Source: a virus (Duplodnaviria; Caudoviricetes). From it: a DNA stretch of 40,646 nucleotides. Location of the stretch: the IMG/VR virus record IMGVR_UViG_3300042346_000744, positions 1 to 40,646 of that record; one strand, written 5' to 3'. Position numbers and translations under genes: made by a program. Below, piece by piece: positions 28,414 to 34,866 of the stretch (position 1 is the stretch's first letter; every line of letters starts with the position of its first letter). The notes beneath the pieces are model-generated. The model was not told where the DNA came from and did no database searches. It worked only from the letters and a program-made list of their open reading frames with translations.

Positions 28414-28640
28414 TTTTTTTGCTCCGAATTGTCTATGCGGCGGTCAATCGTAAACGCGGTGGGTAGGTGGTGGCTGTCTTGTTTGCTGATGTCGTCTGGA
28501 TCGAATAACCGACGGTTTGCGGTGTCTCTGGCTTGCTGCAAACAGGGTGCTGATTCGGTCATGTCGCGCAGCCTTGAGCCATATTTGTTGTAATAGGTGA
28601 TGATGAAATCACCGGTGTTAATGTGCTGTTCGTCTACCAT
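28410..28640 (-). CDS. Hypothetical protein
   Basis: Overlaps both neighbours in the operon. Confidence 0.55.
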   Translation of the reverse strand: MVDEQHINTGDFIITYYNKYGSRLRDMTESAPCLQQARDTANRRLFDPDDISKQDSHHLPTAFTIDRRIDNSEQKK

Positions 28641-29059
28641 TGCGATTCCACTGTGATAGTTTTTGTTTTGGGTTTCACGCGGCGGGCGTGTCTGCGTTTT
28701 TGGTTGTAGATTTCTTGTTGTTGCTGGGTGGCAAAGTTGCCGCGCAAAAAATCTAGTGATAGCTTTGTTAGTGGGTCAATATATCTAGGCTCAGATGGTT
28801 TTCTGGGTGCGTGGATCTCTGGCCGCTCGGCTTCTCGGCGGACTTTTCTAAAAATGTCCAGTGGCCTGGTGTTTTGTGGCAATGTTTTTTTCCACGCAGT
28901 CACTTCTGATTCCAGCCACTTAGGCTGTAAACGGTGTCCGCCTGGTATCGGTCGGGGGAAATCTTTTATCAGCTTCCAGGCGCGACTAAATGAATTGGCT
29001 GGCACGTCTAAGAGTGCTGCGCAGTCTGGGGATTTTAGGTATTGAGTGGTTTTTTCCAT
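28634..29059 (-). CDS. AlpA/Xis-like HTH protein
   Basis: CAALLDVPANSF...DFPRPI...KWLESEVTAWK. Confidence 0.7.
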   Translation of the reverse strand: MEKTTQYLKSPDCAALLDVPANSFSRAWKLIKDFPRPIPGGHRLQPKWLESEVTAWKKTLPQNTRPLDIFRKVRREAERPEIHAPRKPSEPRYIDPLTKLSLDFLRGNFATQQQQEIYNQKRRHARRVKPKTKTITVESQW

Positions 29060-29076
29060 GGCTGCGCAGCGGGTTG

Positions 29077-29889
29077 TTATTGATACGCCATTTCGCCCAG
29101 ATAGATTTTGATATCTTGGACGCTGACACGGTTTTTTATCGATTGTTTAAACTCTTCGGCGATGGCGACTTGTTGAGCTTCCAGCTGGCCGATGCGGTAT
29201 TTAAATAGCGCGGTTTTTTCGCTGGGTATGGCTCTTAACTGGCAGGCAAAGCGATAGTCATTAAAACCGTCGTAAGGTTGGCATTCGAAGATAAATCCGG
29301 CTGGCAAATCTTCGGCGCCTGCTTTGATTTCGACTTGTTCAAGTGTTGATCGGGCGGCGGCAAAGTTTGAAACGTCGTTAGTTGTGGCGGCGTTGGCGTT
29401 GACTTTGACGCGCCTTAAGGTGCGGATGGTTTGTTTAAAGTCCAGGCCTTGATTGTCGTTATCAAAGAAATGGATGTGCGTTTCCCAGTCTTCAAGAAAA
29501 TCAATCAGCTCTTGCTGGTTATGTTGCGCGTTTTGCTGATTGAGAAGCGCGGTATAGGCCGGGGATTTTTTTAAGAGCGCGTATGCTTTGTGTTTTCCCC
29601 ACAAAGGGTCTGTATGAGTACCAAGGTCAATAATTGCCGCAGCTTGCATTGAATCCTGATTGATAAATATCCCGCTGCATTCGTCGGCATTTTGGTTGAT
29701 GTAGGTGATGTATTCATCCAGAACGGTGGTTTTGAAATGCGCACGGAAAAAGTCAGGCACTGAATAAAATCGTTCTAGGGATTCTACTTTTGCCAATTCT
29801 GGCAAAATAACCGTAGCGTCAGGAAGTCTTGTGCTTGCCTGTTCCGTAATCGATAAATCGCGTATTGCTCTTATTGCTGATGCATCCAT
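29077..29889 (-). CDS. yfdQ: YfdQ family (DUF2303) protein
   Basis: 270 aa with ESLERF, AIIDLGT...WGKHKA, DFLEDW and CQPYDG motifs. Confidence 0.75.
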   Translation of the reverse strand: MDASAIRAIRDLSITEQASTRLPDATVILPELAKVESLERFYSVPDFFRAHFKTTVLDEYITYINQNADECSGIFINQDSMQAAAIIDLGTHTDPLWGKHKAYALLKKSPAYTALLNQQNAQHNQQELIDFLEDWETHIHFFDNDNQGLDFKQTIRTLRRVKVNANAATTNDVSNFAAARSTLEQVEIKAGAEDLPAGFIFECQPYDGFNDYRFACQLRAIPSEKTALFKYRIGQLEAQQVAIAEEFKQSIKNRVSVQDIKIYLGEMAYQ

Positions 29890-30245
29890 TATTTTGCCCC
29901 CACAAAACGGGCTACGTTGTTGCCGTTTTCTTGTTTAAATAAATCGTCTTGGGTTTGTGGGCTGATGGTGAGATAGCCCAAGTTGTTGACGTACATTGGG
30001 GTAGAGGTGGTCATTTCTTCCGTGGCTTTGCCGCGCCGGGTGGGTTTGTTGAATTTCAGCGTGTGGTTAACGGTTACGCTGTCTGATTCGCCTATGCGAT
30101 CCAGCTCTAAAACCAGCGTGACGCTGCCTTTTTTCTTATCGTTGCGGATGACGCCTAATGCCACTTCTTTTAAAGCGGCTTCGACTTGTTGCATAAATAG
30201 GCCTGCGTCTAATTCGTCTAGGGTTTCGTTGAGTGTTGGGTTCAT
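29889..30245 (-). CDS. YfdP-like partner protein
   Basis: LDELDAGLF...KKGSVTL...KPTRRGK...TPMYV; coupled to yfdQ; AGGAG RBS. Confidence 0.7.
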   Translation of the reverse strand: MNPTLNETLDELDAGLFMQQVEAALKEVALGVIRNDKKKGSVTLVLELDRIGESDSVTVNHTLKFNKPTRRGKATEEMTTSTPMYVNNLGYLTISPQTQDDLFKQENGNNVARFVGAK

Positions 30246-30379
30246 GTGGATAGTCTCCTGTAAATGGTTAAATGCCGCGTATCGTGCGGCGGACGGCGGT
30301 TTCTCAAGATAAATGCTCTATGGTAAAGTCCTGGGCCGCTGGCTCTGTTATTTCCGCCACCGTGCGCCTGGAGGGAGCG

Positions 30380-30625
30380 CTAGCCCGGCGGTCGCTGGGC
30401 TGTGAGGATCTTTTGAAGCAGGTTGACCGCGGTTTGTACGTCGTCTGCAATCATTTTGGTTTTTTGATCGAGCCTGTGCGGCGGTAGTCTGCCAAAGACT
30501 TTATCTAACTCGGCTTTGCGGGCATCTTGCAGGTAACGGATGGCGTTATCAATCGTTGCAAGTTGGTTTTCTGGTGCCCATGTTTGATTAATGATCATGA
30601 CGGCGGGCCTGTATTTTTTCGGCAT
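30380..30625 (-). CDS. Hypothetical protein
   Basis: Helical ORF in early-left orientation. Confidence 0.5.
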   Translation of the reverse strand: MPKKYRPAVMIINQTWAPENQLATIDNAIRYLQDARKAELDKVFGRLPPHRLDQKTKMIADDVQTAVNLLQKILTAQRPPG

Positions 30626-30923
30626 GGGGTTTGATGACGTTGAGCGCTTTGATTTGCGCGGGTGTCATGTCTGATGCCGCGCAGATGGGCGCTGTCTGTG
30701 CTTGGGCGGTGTCTATGCTGTGCCAGATGACCCAGAGCGTTGAGCATATAGCCAATATGGCTATTAAGCTGGCTATGGATACGCCGATGATGGCGCGGGC
30801 GTCGGCTTCGCTTTCCGTAATAAACGTCGATTTGCGGCTGTATTTTGTTTTGCAGCAGCTGCTTGGCTTGTTTTGCATGTTCGCTAGAACTTCATCTAGC
30901 GGTATGGCTTGTCTGGTTCGCAT
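30588..30923 (-). CDS. Single-TM hypothetical protein
   Basis: Start 30923 behind GGAGG; IIGVSIASLIAILAICSTLWVIW segment. Confidence 0.6.
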   Translation of the reverse strand: MRTRQAIPLDEVLANMQNKPSSCCKTKYSRKSTFITESEADARAIIGVSIASLIAILAICSTLWVIWHSIDTAQAQTAPICAASDMTPAQIKALNVIKPHAEKIQARRHDH

Positions 30924-30936
30924 AGATCCTCCAGTT

Positions 30937-31003
30937 AAAAAAAGTGCCACCCCCACGCGGGCGGATTAAAACCAATTAAGAAAAAATAGCCCGCGTCGGT
31001 GGC
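30937..31003 (-). terminator. Intrinsic terminator/attenuator within the early-left transcript
   Basis: GC-rich stem 30946-30962 / 30989-31003 followed on the minus strand by a U7 run, just before the next RBS. Confidence 0.55.
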
Positions 31004-31009
31004 TGGGTT

Positions 31010-31380
31010 AGATGTTTTGGCAACCCGGTTTTTCCAGACCCCAGATTTTTGTAGTAGCACTACTCGGGCCGTTTAACGACTCCCGAGGACGTCGGCCAAA
31101 ACATCTTGAATAACCCCGCTAGGTTGTTGCTAGTGGTGTGTGAGGGCTAATATCACTACCTAGCAGGGTTATTCAGGATGTCTTTTTAGCTTTCAAGGAT
31201 TTGGACTGTGCAGAATTCTAATCTGCGGCACTTCCAGTGCTGTCGTAAGTTGACCAGTCGCAAATCATTCAAAACTAAACTTTCACGGCTAGCGACTGGG
31301 GAGATCGTCCCGACCCGCTAGCAGGGCACTCAGTCGCAAGCCGTCAAAGTTAAATGGTTGCCAGCTCTTACCCGGCTGGC
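31010..31380 (-). ncRNA. Highly structured non-coding region with three long stems and smaller hairpins
   Basis: Stems 31010-31021/31095-31106 (12 bp), 31101-31124/31158-31181 (22 of 24) and 31278-31298/31331-31351 (19 of 21). No sizeable ORF. Strand is inferred from the operon. Confidence 0.55.
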
Positions 31381-31405
31381 TTAGGTGTTTCTCCCCGTCA
31401 AACTG

Positions 31406-31660
31406 TCAATGCGTTATGACTAAATCACCTGTTTTCAGCATGCCGATTTTTGGTTGTTCGGTTGGGTTCTCCTGGTGCCAGCGGGCTAAATCCTCTTGCA
31501 TGTTGCAAACCTGATCGCGCCAAAAGTCTGCGGATTCTTCCGCGTAGGCCAGGGCTGTTTTGGTTTGCTGCAGCTCTTCATACAGTTGAGCCGCCACTTC
31601 CCGCAGCTGATCCAATGCCATGGCGTCGAGTTTGTTTTGCAAGCGTTTTAATGTGTTCAT
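31406..31660 (-). CDS. First gene of the PL operon, coiled-coil hypothetical protein
   Basis: AAGGA RBS; downstream of the PL promoter. Confidence 0.65.
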   Translation of the reverse strand: MNTLKRLQNKLDAMALDQLREVAAQLYEELQQTKTALAYAEESADFWRDQVCNMQEDLARWHQENPTEQPKIGMLKTGDLVITH

Positions 31661-31672
31661 TTCTGCATCCTT

Positions 31673-31700
31673 AAAAAAGACCGGCTATGTAAGCCCGGTC
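31673..31700 (-). terminator. Leader terminator/attenuator downstream of PL
   Basis: Minus strand GACCGG-GCTTACATAG-CCGGTC-TTTTTT. Confidence 0.6.
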
Positions 31701-31746
31701 AGGCTTTGGGAGGACTACTAACAGGCACTTTGTGCTGTTGGGCGTT

Positions 31747-31788
31747 AAAGTAACAAACTGTTATTTTAAAGTCAATAACAAATTGTTA
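31747..31788 (-). promoter_or_regulatory. PL promoter with two operators
   Basis: TTGACT (31775-31770), 17 bp, TACTTT (31752-31747). Palindromes TAACAAACTGTTA (31751-31763) and TAACAAATTGTTA (31776-31788). Confidence 0.8.
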
Positions 31789-31795
31789 TCAGGCG

Positions 31796-31829
31796 AAAAA
31801 ACAAAACCGCTAGAATGCGGTTTTGTTTT
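31796..31829. terminator. Intrinsic terminator hairpin insulating PL
   Basis: AAAACAAAACCGC-TAGAAT-GCGGTTTTGTTTT, a 13-bp stem with U-rich tails on both strands. Confidence 0.65.
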
Positions 31830-32035
31830 GATTGAGGTTTGTGATGGGGTTTGAAATGACCGTGAACCAGCAGGGCCAGACACGCTGGGAGCACGTAAAC
31901 GGCAAAGCGTTTTTGTATTTAACGCATGGTGAGTTGTGTTTTCATTGTCCTATCTGTCACAATTTAACCGGATTTGACGGTTTGGTTAGGCACTAGCTGT
32001 AACTTAACGCAATGACTAATCTATTGGAGACAAGC

Positions 32036-32242
32036 ATGAATGAGTTGAAAATATTTGATAACCCGAGATCGGGATGCAGAGAATTTATTGTAAATGATGA
32101 ATTGTCGTTTTCGATCGCTAGAGAGTCATTATTAATGCTTAAGCAACACCGATGGGGAATGTATAGCGATGAAACCAGAAGCCAGATCCCGTACAGCCGG
32201 GAACAATATGCTGAGCTTATAAAGGCAAAAATTTTTGGTTGA
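32036..32242 (+). CDS. Hypothetical moron-like gene
   Basis: GGAG RBS before ATG 32036; opposite strand to the cI operon. Confidence 0.5.
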   Translation: MNELKIFDNPRSGCREFIVNDELSFSIARESLLMLKQHRWGMYSDETRSQIPYSREQYAELIKAKIFG

Positions 32243-32265
32243 TAGGGTTGGATCGCATTAATTAA

Positions 32266-32286
32266 GGTACGCGGTGCGTACCCTAC
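32266..32286 (-). repeat. Single GTAG-family REP-like palindrome
   Basis: Minus strand GTAG-GGTACGC-ACC-GCGTACC. Confidence 0.55.
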
Positions 32287-32372
32287 AGGGCTAGGTAAAG
32301 GTGATTTTATGAAGGCGTTTGAATTACATTGGGCGGATAAAGTTGGATTAATGCCTGTTACGATTACAATTG

Positions 32373-32645
32373 CTAGTGAGGGCGTCCAGTATCGTCTGAC
32401 TCCCGAAGTATCTGAACACTGGATAAACCTCCCCACAGGCCAAGCAACATCTGATACATCTTTGCCAATTGTGGTTGTTGACTCTGTTGAAGCGATTCCT
32501 GCTCTTGTTTTAAAAGCGAGAAAAGAACATCTGCTTGCTTTGGGTTGGTCTGGATTATGGTATCGATCACGTTTTTTGAAAATCTTAAAACGAATGTCTC
32601 AAGCTCTTCTTGGGTCAGTAATTGATTTGTTTCATTTGGCGGCAT
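32373..32645 (-). CDS. Hypothetical protein in the cI operon
   Basis: AAGGA RBS 12 nt after the lipoprotein stop. Confidence 0.6.
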   Translation of the reverse strand: MPPNETNQLLTQEELETFVLRFSKNVIDTIIQTNPKQADVLFSLLKQEQESLQQSQQPQLAKMYQMLLGLWGGLSSVQILRESDDTGRPH

Positions 32646-32657
32646 AAAAATTCCTTT

Positions 32658-32990
32658 TTATTGACGAATTTCTATCACAGTATCCGGCGATTTTGGTAGG
32701 GGTTGAGCAGTGCCGCCGGGTTCGACGCATTTAAATTGTAATTCGGTAGAGCCGAATTGGCCCGGACGTGTGGGGATAGTTTGAATTTCCAGCGTTTTAA
32801 CTTCTTGGCCTTTGGCTTGGCAAAAGGCATTAGCCTCTTGATAAACCTCTACTTTGGTGCCTAGTGATACCCCAAAGCCTGGTGAATGGTCTTTTTTGCC
32901 TACCATGTAAGATTCTTGACCTAAAGGAACAACGCCAGTGCTTTGGCATCCAGTAATAAAAAACATCAATAGAAGATAATTTTTTTTCAT
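32658..32990 (-). CDS. Lipoprotein (superinfection-exclusion candidate)
   Basis: MKKNYLLLMFFITG-C lipobox; ANAFCQAKG...ELQFKC disulfide-type pattern; downstream of cI. Confidence 0.7.
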   Translation of the reverse strand: MKKNYLLLMFFITGCQSTGVVPLGQESYMVGKKDHSPGFGVSLGTKVEVYQEANAFCQAKGQEVKTLEIQTIPTRPGQFGSTELQFKCVEPGGTAQPLPKSPDTVIEIRQ

Positions 32991-32991
32991 C

Positions 32992-33219
32992 TTATTTGTT
33001 GAAAATCACAGGGATTCCTGCCGAACATATTGAAACTGTTGACATTAATAAAATCAGTTCTTGTTTTGGGATATCTATAAAGATAAACAAAATATCGATC
33101 AATGACGCTATAAACACGCATAACACTGCATTACCAGCCCCTTTTTGTTCTGATTTTTTGCGCAAATAATGCAATTCTTCTGGTGTTAATATAATTTTTT
33201 CATCATATAGCATTAACAA
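32992..33219 (-). CDS. Small two-TM membrane protein
   Basis: Two hydrophobic segments; AAGGA RBS; downstream of cI. Confidence 0.55.
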   Translation of the reverse strand: MLMLYDEKIILTPEELHYLRKKSEQKGAGNAVLCVFIASLIDILFIFIDIPKQELILLMSTVSICSAGIPVIFNK

Positions 33220-33281
33220 TCCTTATGCTTGCTAGGTGGAACTATGGCCGTAATGGCTTCTATGCCTTCTATTTCTTCTGC

Positions 33282-33671
33282 TTAGTTATTATTAATTCTT
33301 GTTGTTAGATAACCTTCTTTTTTTTCATTAATAATCTGCTGCGTACGCGTATAAATGAGCGCTTTATAATTGGCCTTCTCCTTGTCTGGCAGGAAAGATA
33401 GATCCAGCAGATCATCTTCACTGGGTATAGGCCGCATTGGCCCACGACCTGTCAATAACCACTCAACACAACAATTAAACATTATTGATATGGTGATAGC
33501 CTGGGCCATGGTTGGCAATCGATCGCCATTCCACCAGTAGGTAACTGCTGGTCCTGTTACGCCTAGTTTTTTTCCGACCTGTTCCCTCGTGTGTTTAGAC
33601 CATCCTTTTTCATTCATTAGTCTCTGAAAACGTTGCGAAAATTTGATTAGTGCCGTTTCTTTCTCAATCAT
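33282..33671 (-). CDS. cI: CI-like XRE-family repressor without a peptidase domain
   Basis: HTH REQVGKKLGVTGPAVTYWWNGDRLP...VEWLLTGRGPM; divergent from cro. Start placed at 33671 because 33719 overlaps the operators and PR. Confidence 0.85.
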   Translation of the reverse strand: MIEKETALIKFSQRFQRLMNEKGWSKHTREQVGKKLGVTGPAVTYWWNGDRLPTMAQAITISIMFNCCVEWLLTGRGPMRPIPSEDDLLDLSFLPDKEKANYKALIYTRTQQIINEKKEGYLTTRINNN

Positions 33672-33677
33672 GCTTCC

Positions 33678-33747
33678 AGCATGACAAAATATCAAATAAC
33701 AATCAGTTTCTATTTTCATTGAACACTCAGTAACAATCTGTTATTTT
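33678..33747. promoter_or_regulatory. OR region with PR, a PRM-like promoter and operators
   Basis: PR is TTGAAC (33719-33724), 17 bp, TATTTT (33742-33747). Operators TAACAATCTGTTA (33731-33743) and TAACAATCAGTTT (33697-33709). Minus-strand extended -10 TGtCATGCT before cI. Confidence 0.72.
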
Positions 33748-33753
33748 ATGTGT

Positions 33754-33945
33754 ATGGAAAAATTAATACAGTTTTTCGGTAATCGAAAAAAAGCTGCTGA
33801 CGCCATTGGCGTAACTCCTAATTATCTGAGCATGGTTGCCAGGGGAAAGCGGCAGTTTTCGCCGGCTTTGGCTATTACTATCGATCGTCTTACTGATGGA
33901 TTGGTCAGTAAGTCTTATTTACGTCCTGACATTTTTGAGCATTAA
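33754..33945 (+). CDS. cro: Cro-like HTH regulator
   Basis: RKKAADAIGVTPNYLSMVARGKR...LRPDIF. Confidence 0.85.
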   Translation: MEKLIQFFGNRKKAADAIGVTPNYLSMVARGKRQFSPALAITIDRLTDGLVSKSYLRPDIFEH

Positions 33946-33956
33946 ACGAGTTTCAT

Positions 33957-34145
33957 ATGAGCAAATGCCTAGAAGACATCAAGCTACACCTGGACGAAGC
34001 GTTAAAGCGCGACATTCAAGATTTGGCTATGGAAGACGACCGTAAAGTATCCGAATGGATACGGCATGAAATCAGGGCGGTGGTGCGTTTGCGTAAAGCT
34101 GGGGTGATTATCTCTAACGTTGTGGATAAGTCGAGGGTCGAATAG
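33957..34145 (+). CDS. Ribbon-helix-helix-like regulator at the CII position
   Basis: IKLHLDEALKRDIQDLAMEDDRKVSEWIR pattern. Confidence 0.6.
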   Translation: MSKCLEDIKLHLDEALKRDIQDLAMEDDRKVSEWIRHEIRAVVRLRKAGVIISNVVDKSRVE

Positions 34146-34306
34146 TGGCTAAACCGTGGCTTGAATGGTTTGTAAATGGCTTGACCGTTTTAATTGCTGT
34201 GTTGTTGATTGCGTTGGCGTTGGTGGGCCTGGTGTTTGTGTTGATCAAGATGATGCTGATCGACGGGGTGAACTTTTTGGCTGAACATGCGGAGGATTTG
34301 GAGTAA
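34145..34306 (+). CDS. 53-aa single-TM protein missing from the ORF track
   Basis: MAKPWLEWFVNGLTVLIAVLLIALALVGLVFVLIKMMLIDGVNFLAEHAEDLE. The GTG overlaps the upstream TAG and the TAA overlaps the downstream ATG. Confidence 0.65.
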   Translation: MAKPWLEWFVNGLTVLIAVLLIALALVGLVFVLIKMMLIDGVNFLAEHAEDLE

Positions 34307-34863
34307 TGACTAAAAAAATAATAGGGCTGGCAGGCCGTAAACAGGTAGGCAAATCCACGGCAGCTGAGGCGTTGGAGGGGTTGGATTTTGAATTGTGCTC
34401 GTTTGCGTCCACGTTAAAGCTGATGGCGCGCATTTTAATGGGCAATTGCGGGTTGTCTGAAAAGCAAAAACAACATGCAGAACGCAATAAGGAAGATATT
34501 TTGCCGTTGATTGGGGTGAGTTATCGGCATTTGCTGCAAACGTTGGGCACGGATTGGGGGCGCGAAAAGATTAATGAAAATCTGTGGGTTTTAGCGGCTG
34601 CGCATGATGCGTCGGTTTGGAATCAGGTGGTGTTTGATGATGTGCGGTTTGAGTGTGAGGCAGCTTGGATCCGTGAGCAAGGCGGTTTGATTGTGCATAT
34701 TGAGAGGCCATTGAGTCAATTGCCAGATTTACACGCGTCTGAAGCGGGTGTGGCTTATGGTAAGGGTGATGTGCGGGTTTTTAATTTGGGCAGCTTGGAT
34801 TATTTGCATGATCGCATCCATGCCATTGGACTGCAGTATTTAGGCAGTACGACCGGCCATTAG
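34306..34863 (+). CDS. Deoxynucleoside monophosphate kinase
   Basis: P-loop GLAGRKQVGKST, RHLLQTLGTDWGR, DDVRFECE and HASE motifs. Confidence 0.85.
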   Translation: MTKKIIGLAGRKQVGKSTAAEALEGLDFELCSFASTLKLMARILMGNCGLSEKQKQHAERNKEDILPLIGVSYRHLLQTLGTDWGREKINENLWVLAAAHDASVWNQVVFDDVRFECEAAWIREQGGLIVHIERPLSQLPDLHASEAGVAYGKGDVRVFNLGSLDYLHDRIHAIGLQYLGSTTGH

Positions 34864-34866
34864 TCC

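Noticed and set aside
30946-31400. tRNA or known riboswitch in the structured region
   Set aside because: No T-loop/D-loop consensus or recognisable aptamer was seen by eye; a covariance-model search is needed.
25940-32286. Specific host genus assignment
   Set aside because: The dusA fragment, REP-like element and I-F repeat suggest a proteobacterial, probably gamma, host, but a genus cannot be supported without a search.
32309-32647. Plus-strand 112-aa ORF
   Set aside because: Antisense shadow of 32373-32645 (-), which has the better RBS and operon context.
33672-33719. Longer cI N-terminus given by the ORF track
   Set aside because: It would overlap an operator and the PR -35 element, so the start at 33671 is preferred.
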